DNA of 64,000 nt, taken from the NCBI GenBank assembly GCA_040767805.1, contig JAXGNU010000002.1:1-64000 (forward strand), written 5' to 3'. The position numbers were made by a program, and so were the translations under genes. This document shows, piece by piece, positions 9,601 to 20,405 of this stretch (its first letter is position 1; the number at the start of each line of letters is the position of its first letter). This stretch comes from Thermovirgaceae bacterium (GTDB lineage Bacteria; Synergistota; Synergistia; Synergistales; Thermovirgaceae). Under the pieces are notes generated by a model. That model saw nothing but the letters and a program-made list of their open reading frames with translations. It made no database searches and was not told where the DNA came from.

Positions 9601-11985
9601 ATGAAGAACAGCATCTTCAATATTTTCAAGAAGCAACAGCCTAGAAAGACCAGGAAGAATGATAGAACCTCCCGGGGGACCGGCAGGAAGCCCGCACCCA
9701 GGAAGTCCGGTTTTCTAGGCAAGCTGGTCTTGACCCTTGCCTTCTTTGTGATATTCCTTTTCGCCGCGGCTTCTGTCGTAGGTGTCCTGCTCATAAGGGA
9801 AGCCGCCTCGACCCTCCCCTCCCTGGAGGAAATGGCCAATTATGAACCGGACCTGTCCACCATCGTCTACGACCGGAACGAAAAGGTCATCACCAGGCTT
9901 TTTCATGAGAACAGGACCTGGGTACCCCTTTCCCAAATCCCCTTGGTGATGCAGGAGGCATCCATCGCGGCCGAGGACAGCGCCTTTTACAGCCACAGGG
10001 GGCTCGACTTCGCCGGGATCATCAGGGCCTTCTGGGTTAACTTCAGGAGCGGTAAAACCGTCCAGGGCGCCAGCACTATAACCCAGCAACTTGCCTGGAA
10101 CCTCTTCCTCACCAAGGAGAAGACCCTCCAGAGAAAGATCAGGGAAGCCATCTTGTCGGTCCGGCTGGAGAAGATCTACTCCAAGGAGCAGATCCTCGAA
10201 ATGTACCTCAACATGATCTACTTCGGCCATGGGGCATGGGGGATCCATTCCGCCTCGCTGCTTTACTTCAACAAGGAACCCTCGGAACTGGACCTATCCG
10301 AGGCGGCCCTTCTCGCGGGGATCGTCAAGGGTCCCGAGTACTACACCCCCTTGCGGCACCCCGAAAGGGCATCGGAGAGGCAGGCCTACGTCCTGGGCAG
10401 GATGGTCCACGAGGGAATGATAACGCCGGAACAGGCCCAGGCGGCCAGGAGGATCGAACTGGATTTCCAGACCCTCAAAAAACCGGCCATCATGTTCGAC
10501 GTGGCACCCTACTTCATCGCCCACATCCTTTTTGAGCAACTCCTTCCTACCTACGGCAGTGACATGGTCTACCGGGGGGGGCTCAGGGTCCACACAACCC
10601 TTGACCTGGACGTGCAGCACGTGGCCGAGGAGTCCATCAAGGGGTTGAAGAGCGAGGGGGCCATCGTGGCCATCGACCCCGGCACGGGCGAGATCCTCGC
10701 CATGGTCGGCGGTAAGGATTTCGAGCAGTCCAAGTTCAACCGTGCGACCCAGGCCTTTCGCCAGCCCGGTTCGTCCTTCAAACCCTTCGTATACACGGCC
10801 GCTCTCATGAGGGGGCTGCGACCGGTGGACCATGTCCTCGACGCACCGGTATCCTACGACAACGGGATAAACGAACGGGGAGAGCGGGATATCTGGGAAC
10901 CGGGCAACTACACTAAAGAGTACAAGGGTGAGGTGACGCTGCTCCAGGCCCTGGTACATTCCTATAATACCTCGGCTGTCAGGGTGGCTCACATCACGGG
11001 CATACCGAATATCATCGACCTGGCGCGCCGGTTCGGCTTCATATCGCCCCACATCCCCAACGATCTCTCGGTGGCCCTAGGTTCCGCCAATGTCACCCCC
11101 CTGGAGATGGCAGCGGCTTACAGTGTCTTCGCCAACGGGGGTTCGAGGGTCCAACCCTACTCCATAAGGCGGGTGAACACCGCCGCCGGCGAGGTGCTGG
11201 AGCAGTACGGTCCCAACCTCGCTCGGGCCATCCCCGAAGAGATCGCCCTTTCGATGCGTTCCGTCCTGATGGAGGTCGTCCGCTCCGGAACGGGTACCAG
11301 GGCCAAGGTCCAGGGGTACGAAGTCTTCGGCAAGACAGGGACGACCAACGGGTACACCGACGCGTGGTTCGCGGGGGGAGTGCCGGGTCTCGTGGTAGTG
11401 GTATACGCCGGCAACGACGATAACAGGTCCCTGGGCAAAACCGCTACGGGCGGCGTGATCGCGGCCCCGGTCTGGCAGGCTTTTGTCAGCAAGGCTGTGA
11501 AGAACTTGACCCTCAAGGAGACCTTCGAGGTGCCCGAGTGGGCGATGGTCGATGCCGTGACCATATGCAAGGATTCCGGGTTCCTTTCGGCGGAGGGTTG
11601 TCCTTCGACGGTCATCCTCCTTCCTTCCGGTGAAGCTCCCCTTTCAACCTGTCCCCTTCATGGAGGTTCATGGATAATGGCTGAATCCGATGCAAACGAG
11701 CCCAGGATGCTGCTCTCGCCCAGAGATGAGGAGGTCCTCGGCATACCGGCCCAAATAGCCAGGCTCTACAGTATCTCTGTTTCGGACATGACGGCCGCTG
11801 CCGTTCTTCCCGTGGAGGAATCACCCTCTTACGTGAGGCCGCCGGCGCCTTCCTTCGCACCGCCCCCGGCCCCGGCCGGCCCCATGAGGCCGATCTCGGT
11901 CCCGTCTAGACCGAGGGAGAGAACCCCAGAGGAGATAGAGGACAGGTTCCAAGAATTGCTCAAGCAGTACGGCATCTCCGATTAA
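9601..11985 (+). CDS. Class A penicillin-binding protein (PBP1A family)
   Basis: N-terminal TM; transglycosylase motifs ED..FY.H.G, GASTITQQ, RKIRE; transpeptidase motifs SSFK, SYN, KTG; ATG at 9601 after AGGAGG. Confidence 0.93.
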   Translation: MKNSIFNIFKKQQPRKTRKNDRTSRGTGRKPAPRKSGFLGKLVLTLAFFVIFLFAAASVVGVLLIREAASTLPSLEEMANYEPDLSTIVYDRNEKVITRLFHENRTWVPLSQIPLVMQEASIAAEDSAFYSHRGLDFAGIIRAFWVNFRSGKTVQGASTITQQLAWNLFLTKEKTLQRKIREAILSVRLEKIYSKEQILEMYLNMIYFGHGAWGIHSASLLYFNKEPSELDLSEAALLAGIVKGPEYYTPLRHPERASERQAYVLGRMVHEGMITPEQAQAARRIELDFQTLKKPAIMFDVAPYFIAHILFEQLLPTYGSDMVYRGGLRVHTTLDLDVQHVAEESIKGLKSEGAIVAIDPGTGEILAMVGGKDFEQSKFNRATQAFRQPGSSFKPFVYTAALMRGLRPVDHVLDAPVSYDNGINERGERDIWEPGNYTKEYKGEVTLLQALVHSYNTSAVRVAHITGIPNIIDLARRFGFISPHIPNDLSVALGSANVTPLEMAAAYSVFANGGSRVQPYSIRRVNTAAGEVLEQYGPNLARAIPEEIALSMRSVLMEVVRSGTGTRAKVQGYEVFGKTGTTNGYTDAWFAGGVPGLVVVVYAGNDDNRSLGKTATGGVIAAPVWQAFVSKAVKNLTLKETFEVPEWAMVDAVTICKDSGFLSAEGCPSTVILLPSGEAPLSTCPLHGGSWIMAESDANEPRMLLSPRDEEVLGIPAQIARLYSISVSDMTAAAVLPVEESPSYVRPPAPSFAPPPAPAGPMRPISVPSRPRERTPEEIEDRFQELLKQYGISD

Positions 11986-12000
11986 GATACACCGGGGATC

Positions 12001-13029
12001 TTACGGCCAGGGGCTGGGGAGGATCGTCCTCTCGAAGAACGCCAGGGCGTACCTGTCGGTCATGCCTGAAACGTGGTCAAGCGCGGCAAGGGCGGCGTCA
12101 CCACAGCGATAGTTCTCGGGTGGGTTGTCCAGGAAATGGCCGAAAAGCGAGGATAGTACGTGGGTCACCCTGGGTTCCTCGCGGAGAACCCTCTCCGAAG
12201 CGTAGACCCTGTCGTAAAGGAAAGAACGGAGTACTTCGACGACCTCCAGGAGTTCGTCGCCCATACGCACCCCGCCGCAGCCGCTGTTGGAGACGACGCT
12301 TTCGACCATCCTGCCTATCCTCTCGCCGTGGGTCACCCCGAGCTTGGATGTGACCGATAGCGGTATATCCTCGTTTTTGACGATGCCCGCCCTCAATGCG
12401 TCGTCCAGGTCGTGGTTCAGGTAGGCAATGGAGTCGGAGATCCGGACGACCCTTGCTTCGTTGGTCAGGACCGGTTCCCCGCCGGGAAACCCCTTCCGCA
12501 CATCCACCTGCCCCTTGGAGTGTTTCAGGATGCCGTCGCGGACCTCCATCGACAGGTTCAACCCCCGGCCGTCCTTTTCGAGGCAATCGACCACCCTCAG
12601 GCTCTGCCTGGCATGGGAGAACCCGCCGAGCCCGTTTTCCCTCGCGACCCTGTCCAGGACCTTTTCACCCATGTGTCCGAAGGGCGTATGCCCAAGATCA
12701 TGCCCGAGGGCGATGGCATCGGTCAGGTCCTCGTTGAGGGCCAGGACCCTGGCAATGGTCCTGGCCACCTGGCAGACCTCCAGGGTATGGGTGAGCCTCG
12801 TCCTGTAGTGATCCCCCTCGGGGAGGAGCAGCACCTGGGTCTTGTGTTTCAGCCTCCTGAAGGCTTTTGAGTGGATTATCCTGTCCCGGTCCTGCTGGTA
12901 AATGGTCCTCAAGGGACAAAGGGGCTCTTTCCTCATCCTTCCCCGGCTCTGGTCGCTGAAAGCCGCGCGGGGGTCGAGAATGGCCCTCTCGATCCTTTCC
13001 CACCGGATCCTGGGTGTTTCCCTTGACAT
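12001..13029 (-). CDS. dgt: Deoxyguanosinetriphosphate triphosphohydrolase (HD family)
   Basis: RRLKHKTQV, RTRLTHTLEV, HDLGHTPFGH and SGMTD motifs; ATG at 13029 after AAGGAGG. Confidence 0.92.
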   Translation of the reverse strand: MSRETPRIRWERIERAILDPRAAFSDQSRGRMRKEPLCPLRTIYQQDRDRIIHSKAFRRLKHKTQVLLLPEGDHYRTRLTHTLEVCQVARTIARVLALNEDLTDAIALGHDLGHTPFGHMGEKVLDRVARENGLGGFSHARQSLRVVDCLEKDGRGLNLSMEVRDGILKHSKGQVDVRKGFPGGEPVLTNEARVVRISDSIAYLNHDLDDALRAGIVKNEDIPLSVTSKLGVTHGERIGRMVESVVSNSGCGGVRMGDELLEVVEVLRSFLYDRVYASERVLREEPRVTHVLSSLFGHFLDNPPENYRCGDAALAALDHVSGMTDRYALAFFERTILPSPWP

Positions 13030-13047
13030 GATGCCTCCTTCGTAAAC

Positions 13048-13074
13048 GGGGCCGCCCCTCGGAGAGGCGGCCCC
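13048..13074 (-). terminator. GC-rich hairpin after ppdK (weak terminator/stabiliser)
   Basis: GGGGCCGCC...GGCGGCCCC with a short T tail. Confidence 0.45.
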
Positions 13075-13111
13075 ACGGTCTCCAAAGCCTTGTCCACTCA
13101 AGGCCCGAAGC

Positions 13112-15781
13112 TCAATCCAGGAGGCCCAACTGCGAATGGGCGGCGGAAAGCCTCGCCACGGGTATCCGGAAGGGGGAACAGCTGACGTAGTCCAGGCCCA
13201 GTTGGTGACAGAAGGCGATGCTCTTGGGGTCCCCGCCGTGTTCGCCGCATATCCCTATCTGGATCCGGGGGCGTTTGTTCCTCCCTTCCGTTGCCGCGAT
13301 GGACATGAGCCTGCCGACCCCTTCGCGGTCCAGTTCATGGAAGGGGTTATCGGGAAGGACGCCGTCGTTGACGTACTGGGCCAGGAATTTGCCCTCCGCG
13401 TCGTCCCTGGAATAGCCGAAGGTGGTCTGGGTGAGGTCGTTGGTCCCGAAGCTGAAGAACTCGGCGAATTCGGCTATATCCCCCGCGACGAGGGCCGCCC
13501 TGGGGACCTCGATCATGGTCCCGACCAGGTAGTGGAGGTCTTCAAGCCCGAGCCGCGCTATGATGCCTCCCGCGATGTCATTCACCATCGACAGCAGCCT
13601 CTTCATCTCTTCCCGGGTCCCCACGAGGGGCATCATGATATCGGGCCTGACGTCCACACCCTCTTTTTTCAGTTCGCAGGCCGCCTCGATGATCGCGGCG
13701 ATCTGCATCTCGTAGATCTCGGGGTAGACAAGCCCCAGGCGGCACCCCCTGAAACCGAGCATGGGGTTGTTCTCCTGGAGCGACAGGACCCTGGCCAGGA
13801 CCGCTTCCGCGTGCACCAGGTCCTCCGGTGAGGCTTCGCTGTCAGCCTTAATGGAGGATATGGTCTCCCTGAGCTCGTGTTCCTTCGGAAGGAACTCGTG
13901 CAGGGGCGGGTCGAGCAGCCTTATGGTAACCGGGAGCCCCTCCATGGCCCGGAAGATCCCCCGGAAATCCTCCTTCTGCATTTCCTTGAGGTCCTCGAGC
14001 GCCTTTACCCTGGACTGCCTATCCTTGGCGAGGATCATCTCATGCATCACGGGGAGCCTCCCCGTGGCCATGAACATGTGTTCCGTCCTGCAAAGGCCTA
14101 TACCCCTGGCCCCGAAGGACCTCGCCCTCTGCGCGTCGGCGGGGGTATCGGCGTTCGCCCAGACTTCCAGGGCCGACACGGAATCGGCTATATCCAGCAG
14201 TTCCCTGAAATCGTCGGTGAAGGAGGGCTGTACAAGGGGCACTTCGCCGAAGATCACGTGGCCCTTTGACCCGTCGATGGTGAGGGTCTCTCCCTTATTG
14301 AGTGATCGGCCTCCGACGATCATAACACCCTTAACGGCGTCGATGGCCACCGATTCACACCCGGAAACGCAGGGTTTCCCAAGCCCCCGGGCGACGACGG
14401 CGGCGTGGCTCGTCATACCTCCCCTGCTGGTCAGGACTCCCTGGGCGGCGTAAAGCCCGTGGATATCGTCAGGGGTCGTCTCCGGCCTCACGAGGATGAC
14501 CGGTTGCCCCGACTGGGCCGCCTTCTCGGCTTCGTCGGCATCGAAAACGGCTATGCCCACCGCCGCTCCCGGTGACGCCGGCAGCCCCTTGGCGGCGACA
14601 TCGAAGGTGGCCTCGGGGTCGATCTGCTTGTGGAGGAGCTGTTCGACCTGGTCCGGGGTCACCCTGGACACGGCTGTGGCGGCATCGATGAGCCCTTCGG
14701 CATGCATGTCCACGGCAGTCCTCACAGCGGCCTTGGCGGTGCGCTTGGCGCTCCGGGTCTGAAGCATGTAAAGCTTGCCCCGTTCGACGGTGAACTCGAT
14801 ATCCTGGACATCCTTGTAGTGCTTCTCCAGCAGCTCCGCGATCCGGTGGAGTTCCCTGTCGGCCCCGGGCAGCCGTGACCCGAACTCGTCGATTGGGTTC
14901 GGTGTCCTTATGCCGGCCACGACATCCTCTCCCTGGGCGTTCACGAGGAACTCGCCGTACAGTTTTTTCTCCCCCGTTGAGGGGTTCCTCGTGAAGCAAA
15001 CACCCGTTCCGCAGTCATCCCCCAGGTTGCCGAAGACCATGGCCATTATGTTTACGGCCGTGCCCAGGTCGTCGGGGATTCTGTTGATCCTCCTGTAGGT
15101 GATGGCCCTGGGGTTCTTCCAACTGAGAAAGACCGCCTCGACGGATCTCTTCAGTTGAACCCACGGGGCTTCGGGAAAGGGAGCGCCCGTCTCATGCTCC
15201 ACTATCTTGAGGTACCTTGAAATAACGCCCTTCCAGGCTGATGGGGGGACTTGGAAATCGTAGGTGACTCCGAGGTCCTTCTTGACCTGGTGAAGGACAT
15301 TCTCAAAGACAGATCCTTCCAGGCCCAGGACCACGTTGGAGAACATCTGGATGAACCTCCTGTAGCTGTCAAGGGCGAACCTCTCATCGCCCGACTCCGC
15401 GGCGAGGGCCTTGACGGAGTCGGCGTTGAGGCCTAGGTTCAGTATAGTGTCCATCATGCCCGGCATGGAGACTGCCGCCCCGGAACGGACAGAGACGAGG
15501 AGCGGGTCGGCGGTTCCGCCGAAGGTCTTGCCCGTCTCCTTTTCGAGATCGGTCATGGCAACCCGGATCTCACCCCACACTTCGTCCAGGAATTGACTCC
15601 CTTTTTCAAGGTAACCGAGACAGGCCTCGGTCGAAATGGTGAATCCCGGTGGAACGGGGAGCCCGATCTTAAGCATCTCCGCAAGGTTGGCCCCCTTGCC
15701 GCCCAGGAGCGATCTCTTTTCGGCGCCGCCCTCGGTGAAATGAAAAACGTATCTTTTTCTTTCATCCCCGGTTTTCGTCAT
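13112..15781 (-). CDS. ppdK: Pyruvate, phosphate dikinase
   Basis: LGGKGANLAEM, GGMTSHAAVVARG phospho-His motif, GIGLCRTEHMF, FSFGTNDLTQ, ICGEHGG. Confidence 0.97.
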   Translation of the reverse strand: MTKTGDERKRYVFHFTEGGAEKRSLLGGKGANLAEMLKIGLPVPPGFTISTEACLGYLEKGSQFLDEVWGEIRVAMTDLEKETGKTFGGTADPLLVSVRSGAAVSMPGMMDTILNLGLNADSVKALAAESGDERFALDSYRRFIQMFSNVVLGLEGSVFENVLHQVKKDLGVTYDFQVPPSAWKGVISRYLKIVEHETGAPFPEAPWVQLKRSVEAVFLSWKNPRAITYRRINRIPDDLGTAVNIMAMVFGNLGDDCGTGVCFTRNPSTGEKKLYGEFLVNAQGEDVVAGIRTPNPIDEFGSRLPGADRELHRIAELLEKHYKDVQDIEFTVERGKLYMLQTRSAKRTAKAAVRTAVDMHAEGLIDAATAVSRVTPDQVEQLLHKQIDPEATFDVAAKGLPASPGAAVGIAVFDADEAEKAAQSGQPVILVRPETTPDDIHGLYAAQGVLTSRGGMTSHAAVVARGLGKPCVSGCESVAIDAVKGVMIVGGRSLNKGETLTIDGSKGHVIFGEVPLVQPSFTDDFRELLDIADSVSALEVWANADTPADAQRARSFGARGIGLCRTEHMFMATGRLPVMHEMILAKDRQSRVKALEDLKEMQKEDFRGIFRAMEGLPVTIRLLDPPLHEFLPKEHELRETISSIKADSEASPEDLVHAEAVLARVLSLQENNPMLGFRGCRLGLVYPEIYEMQIAAIIEAACELKKEGVDVRPDIMMPLVGTREEMKRLLSMVNDIAGGIIARLGLEDLHYLVGTMIEVPRAALVAGDIAEFAEFFSFGTNDLTQTTFGYSRDDAEGKFLAQYVNDGVLPDNPFHELDREGVGRLMSIAATEGRNKRPRIQIGICGEHGGDPKSIAFCHQLGLDYVSCSPFRIPVARLSAAHSQLGLLD

Positions 15782-15813
15782 GCTTTTCGACCTCCACGGC
15801 GTTTTGGGTTTGA

Positions 15814-16635
15814 TCAGGCTCTCAGGAAATCCAGGATCTCCTGGGCTGTCTCTTCAATGGCCCTGTTGGTGACGTTAAGGACCCGGCAACCGATCTTCCG
15901 CATGATGTTCCTCGCGAACTGGATCTCCTCCTCGACCCTCTCCCATTGGGCATAGTTGGAGATATCCGAATCGAGGCCAAGGAGGCGCAACCTCTCCTTC
16001 CTGATGTCCACGAGTTTCTCGGGTTGGACCGTCAGCCCGAAGATCCTCTCGGGGGAGATCTCGAAGATCTCACCGGGGGGCTCCGTTTCGGGTATGAGGG
16101 GCACATTACCCACCATGAAACCGCGGTGGGCGAGGTACATGCAGAGGGGGGTCTTGCTCGTCCTGGATACCCCCAGGATGACCACGTCCGCCGACAGGAG
16201 GTGTTCGGCGCACCTCCCGTCATCGCACTTGATGGCGAACTCGATGGCCTTCACCCTCCGGAAATACTCCTCATCCATTCTTCTCATCAGGCCGGGGGTC
16301 TCCAGGGGGGCGTGACCGAGGCGAGCCTCGAGCATGTCCAGGATGGGCCCGAGTATATCGATCACATCCGTCCCCTGGTGGTCCGCCTTCTCGACGAACC
16401 AGCGCCTCAGTTCGTGGTCGACCAAGGTGCAGACGATCATGGCCTTTTCGCCTTCGGCTTCTTCGAGGACTTCCAGGGCCCTATCCCGGTTGTTGATGTA
16501 ACGGAACCTTTGAAGGGTAATGGCATCCGTAGCGAACTGGCTCAGCGCCGCTTTCGCGACATGCTCCGCCGTCTCCCCGGTGAAATCGGAGACCACGAAA
16601 ACGGGCATCGGCTGATGGTCATTCTTTCCTTCCAT
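15814..16635 (-). CDS. ppsR: PPDK/PEP synthase regulatory kinase-pyrophosphorylase (DUF299)
   Basis: SD.TGETA, YFRR..AIEFA...DDG, GVSRTSKTP and AIEETA motifs; adjacent to ppdK. Confidence 0.92.
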   Translation of the reverse strand: MEGKNDHQPMPVFVVSDFTGETAEHVAKAALSQFATDAITLQRFRYINNRDRALEVLEEAEGEKAMIVCTLVDHELRRWFVEKADHQGTDVIDILGPILDMLEARLGHAPLETPGLMRRMDEEYFRRVKAIEFAIKCDDGRCAEHLLSADVVILGVSRTSKTPLCMYLAHRGFMVGNVPLIPETEPPGEIFEISPERIFGLTVQPEKLVDIRKERLRLLGLDSDISNYAQWERVEEEIQFARNIMRKIGCRVLNVTNRAIEETAQEILDFLRA

Positions 16636-16675
16636 GGCAAGTCCTCCACGGTCGATCTGAAAACCCCTGCTTTGG

Positions 16676-18742
16676 TCAAGCCTTCAGCAGCCCCAGGTCC
16701 CCGGACGTCTTGAACAACCCGTCGCATCTTTCCAGGAGGGCTATCCTATTGTTCCTGATACGCTCATCGTTGTCCATCACGAGCACCTTGTCGAAAAAGG
16801 CGGATATGTAGGGCTCCAGTTTGGAAAGGGCCAGGGTCAGGCCGTTCCAGTCCCACGCCCTCACGGCCTCGTCTACCTGGGGGGCTAGCAGTACAACGGC
16901 CTCGTAGAGTTCCCTCTCAGCGGCCTCGGTGAGAAGGGCCGCATCCAGGGCATTCGGGGACCTATCGGTTTTCTGGAGGATATTCCTGACCCTGACCGCC
17001 GACGTGACTAGGCCGGCGAACCAGTCGGTCCCCTGGACCTCCTGGAAGGCCTCCAGCAGTTTCAAGGCCTGGTTGGGTCTCGATCCCGTCACCGAGACGG
17101 CCAGCGTGGTCAGTTCGTGAGAGAAGCCCCTCTCGCGGAGTTGGTTGTGGAGCCTCTGCAGGATGAACCCTGAAGCGGCTTCCTGCTGGTCCTTTGATAG
17201 GCCGCGCGACAGGGAGGAGGCTTCAACCAACGACGCGATATTGACATCGAGGTCCATACCCCAGAGGATCTCGTTGAGCGTCCGGGAGGCCCTTCGGATT
17301 CCGTACTGGTCCTGGGATCCCGTTGGCTGGAGTCCCGCCTTGAACCCACCGATGATCGTGTCGATCCTGTCGCAGATCCCCAGGATGGCGCCGATGATAT
17401 CCGAGGGTACACGGTCACCGGAGGACGACGGCAGGTACTGCTCCAAGAGCGCCAGGGCCACCCTTGGGTTTTCCCCGTCCCTGGCTGCGTACTCCCGGCC
17501 CATAACGCCCCTTAGTTCGGGGAATTCGTAGACCATGTCGGTGACGCTGTCTGCCTTCGCGAGAAAGGCGGCGCGGTCGACCATTTTCACCTCCTCCGAT
17601 GAAAGGTCCATCATCCGGCAGAGAACACCACAAAGCTCCCGTACTTGGGATACCTTTTCGTAGACCGTTCCCAGTTTATCGTGGTGAACGATTTTCTTGA
17701 GGGAGTCCACCCTTGCAGAAAGGGGTACCTTCTGATCCTCTTCCCAGAAGAAGGAAGCGTCGGAGAGCCTTGCCCTTAGAACCCTCTCGTTCCCCTCCCT
17801 CACGACGGACATGTTGGCGGCCCGATTGTTGCTGACGCCGATGAAGCAGGGCTTCAAGTTCCCACTGTCATCCCTTACCGGAAAATACCGTTGGTGGTTT
17901 TTCATCGTGGTGATGAGGACCTCCTCGGGTATCTGGAGAAAGGATCGGTCGAAGGAGCCGTAGAACGGTACGGGGTATTCGACGAGAAAGAGGTTCTCCT
18001 CGACGAGATCGCCGTCGAGGACCGCCTTGCCGCCCACCTCTTTCTCGATCGAGGCGATGCCGGCGAGCATTTTTTCACGCCTCTTTTGCGGGTCGGCGAT
18101 GACGAAGTTGTCATGCAACTTCTCGAGATACTCCCCTACCTGTGAAACCTCTATCTTCCGGACGCCCATGAAGCGGTGTCCCCTGGTGAAACGGCCGGAG
18201 GTAACCAGGCCGAAGTCCACCTTCAGCAGTTCATCTCCATAAAGGGTCAGAAGCCATCGCACGGGCCTGGCGAAACGATGAAAGGTCCGGTCCCAGTACA
18301 TGCTCTTGGGGAAGGACAATCTTTGTATCACTCTTCCAAGGACGGCCGGAAGGATGGCCGACGAAGGCCGCCCCTCCTCCCTTTTGACGGCCACGGCGAA
18401 TTCCTGGCCGCCGAAGTCCCTTTTTTCAAGGCAGTCCACATCGACGCCCTTGCTCTTGGCGAAACCCCGGGCTGCCTTGGTGGGGTTGCCGCTGGGGTCG
18501 AAGGCGGATGCCCAGGCGGGTCCCTTGAATTCCTCGCTCTTGTCCTGCTGCTTCTCCTCCAGGGACCGGGTGATCAGCACGATCCTCCGGGGTGTCCCTA
18601 AAACCTGTGTGTTCTCGAAGACGAGCCTTTCCGAGCGCAATTCCTCCTCGGCGATGGCCGCCAACTCCGAAAGAGCCGGCGGGATGAACCTGGAGGGGAT
18701 CTCCTCCGTCCCTATCTCAAGAAGCAGGTCTCTAGCGCCCAT
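16676..18742 (-). CDS. glyS: Glycine-tRNA ligase beta subunit
   Basis: LLLEIGTEEIP, TPRR, F.RPVRW, HQRYF, EFPEL.G.MG, FFDKVLVM. Confidence 0.96.
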   Translation of the reverse strand: MGARDLLLEIGTEEIPSRFIPPALSELAAIAEEELRSERLVFENTQVLGTPRRIVLITRSLEEKQQDKSEEFKGPAWASAFDPSGNPTKAARGFAKSKGVDVDCLEKRDFGGQEFAVAVKREEGRPSSAILPAVLGRVIQRLSFPKSMYWDRTFHRFARPVRWLLTLYGDELLKVDFGLVTSGRFTRGHRFMGVRKIEVSQVGEYLEKLHDNFVIADPQKRREKMLAGIASIEKEVGGKAVLDGDLVEENLFLVEYPVPFYGSFDRSFLQIPEEVLITTMKNHQRYFPVRDDSGNLKPCFIGVSNNRAANMSVVREGNERVLRARLSDASFFWEEDQKVPLSARVDSLKKIVHHDKLGTVYEKVSQVRELCGVLCRMMDLSSEEVKMVDRAAFLAKADSVTDMVYEFPELRGVMGREYAARDGENPRVALALLEQYLPSSSGDRVPSDIIGAILGICDRIDTIIGGFKAGLQPTGSQDQYGIRRASRTLNEILWGMDLDVNIASLVEASSLSRGLSKDQQEAASGFILQRLHNQLRERGFSHELTTLAVSVTGSRPNQALKLLEAFQEVQGTDWFAGLVTSAVRVRNILQKTDRSPNALDAALLTEAAERELYEAVVLLAPQVDEAVRAWDWNGLTLALSKLEPYISAFFDKVLVMDNDERIRNNRIALLERCDGLFKTSGDLGLLKA

Positions 18743-18746
18743 CGTT

Positions 18747-19637
18747 CTACCTCTCGATCATGTCGTCGAATTTTCCCATCAAGGGGAAACCCATTGCCTG
18801 TCTCTGCCTGACGTAGGACTGGCAGCAGGAGCCCGCCAGGGCACGGACCCTGGAAATGAACCCCGTCCGCTCCGTGGCGCTTATGGCGTTCCTCGCGTCG
18901 AGGAGGTTGAAAACATGGGAGCATTTCAGAACGTAATCGTAGGAGGGCAGCACCAGCCCCCTGGAGAGGGCGCTTTTCGCCTCGGCCTCGTACAGGGAGA
19001 AGAGCCGAAAAAGCATCTCCGCATCGGAAACCTCGAAATTATAGGTGGAGTGCTCAACTTCTCCCTGGTGATGAATATCCCCGTAGGTGATCTTCCCCAC
19101 CCATTCGAGGTCGAAGACGTTGTCTACCTTCTGTACGTACATGGCTATCCGTTCTAACCCGTAGGTGATCTCCGCCGCTACGGGGTCCATGTCCATGCCG
19201 CCCACCTGTTGGAAGTAGGTGAACTGGGTGATCTCCATCCCATCGAGCCATACCTCCCAGCCCAGACCCCAGGCCCCGATGGTGGGTGATTCCCAGTCGT
19301 CCTCGACGAAACGGATATCATGGTCGGCCGGTTCTATCCCCAAGGCCCTGAGGCTCTCAAGGTAGGTCTCCTGAATCTCCTCCGGCGCGGGTTTGATTAT
19401 TACCTGGAATTGGTAGTAGTGCTGGAGCCTGTTCGGGTTCTGCCCGTACCTCCCATCGGCCGGACGCCTTGACGGTTCCATGTAGGCGACCCTCCAGGGT
19501 TCGGGGCCGAGCGCTCGCAGCGTCGTGGCCGGGTTCATGGTGCCGGCCCCGACCTCGATATCGTAGGGTTGCTGGATCACGCATCCCTGTTCAGCCCAAA
19601 ACTTTTGAAGGCGCATCATAATCTCCTGCAGGTTCAC
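18747..19637 (-). CDS. glyQ: Glycine-tRNA ligase alpha subunit
   Basis: [41 protein letters not shown]. Confidence 0.97.
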   Translation of the reverse strand: MNLQEIMMRLQKFWAEQGCVIQQPYDIEVGAGTMNPATTLRALGPEPWRVAYMEPSRRPADGRYGQNPNRLQHYYQFQVIIKPAPEEIQETYLESLRALGIEPADHDIRFVEDDWESPTIGAWGLGWEVWLDGMEITQFTYFQQVGGMDMDPVAAEITYGLERIAMYVQKVDNVFDLEWVGKITYGDIHHQGEVEHSTYNFEVSDAEMLFRLFSLYEAEAKSALSRGLVLPSYDYVLKCSHVFNLLDARNAISATERTGFISRVRALAGSCCQSYVRQRQAMGFPLMGKFDDMIER

Positions 19638-19664
19638 CCCGGTATTCCCCCCTCTGGTTCGATG

Positions 19665-20405
19665 TTACACCCTGTCCGACAAGGTCCTCACCAGCATCCT
19701 CGCGCAGGATTCAGCTTTCCCGGGATCGATCCCGGGAAGGCCCTCCATCGCCAATACTTTTTCGTGGCCCAACACCGAAACCGCGAAGAGTTCGCCCCGG
19801 TCCTGGCCGCTGAGCCTTAACCCCTGCCTGCCGCCGGAGCACCGGGCGCAGAAAAACGATCCTTCGCTGAAAAGGGCCTCCCCGAGCGGTGTGCCGCATC
19901 CCTGGCAGCGCTCGAGATCGGGGGCGAGGCCCCAACTCCTTAACCATCGCCAGTAGAAACGCCAGCCCGCCAGGTCTTCCCTGAGGCGGCCCGATTCCAG
20001 GATGCACAGGGACCAGTAGAAAATAGGCAAAAGGTCATCGGAGGCATGCCCTGGAAGCGTATATTTTACCAAGGACGCGGCCCACTCGGCGGCCCTCCTT
20101 ATGCGGGAGGGGTATTTCCTCAGGGGCAAAAAATCCTTCCGGACGTCCACCTCTCTCAGGTACCACCGGTTAGGTCCCCGGTAAATGTGGAAAGTACCCC
20201 AGACCAGGGGATCGGTGGCTCCCCCGAACCTCACCTTTCCCCTGGCGGCGCCGGGAGCGATCAGCCAGAGCGGACCTTCGCCCCTGAGAAGGACGTATAT
20301 GCTCCGGTCGCCCTCGTTGGAGTCCTTCCTTCGAAGGACGACCCCCTGCTTCCGGAGCAGGCCCTGGCCGGGTTTGTCCTCCCGGAAGGCGTCCCCTCTA
20401 GGTAT
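19665..20405 (-). CDS. recO: DNA repair protein RecO (start uncertain)
   Basis: GVVLR...EGDR N-terminal OB fold, CxxC...CxxC zinc finger, era-recO-glyQ synteny; no ATG/GTG/TTG close to the expected start. Confidence 0.8.
   Translation of the reverse strand: MPRGDAFREDKPGQGLLRKQGVVLRRKDSNEGDRSIYVLLRGEGPLWLIAPGAARGKVRFGGATDPLVWGTFHIYRGPNRWYLREVDVRKDFLPLRKYPSRIRRAAEWAASLVKYTLPGHASDDLLPIFYWSLCILESGRLREDLAGWRFYWRWLRSWGLAPDLERCQGCGTPLGEALFSEGSFFCARCSGGRQGLRLSGQDRGELFAVSVLGHEKVLAMEGLPGIDPGKAESCARMLVRTLSDRV

Noticed and set aside
19638..19664. Glycine T-box before glyQ
   Set aside because: Only 27 nt of intergenic space
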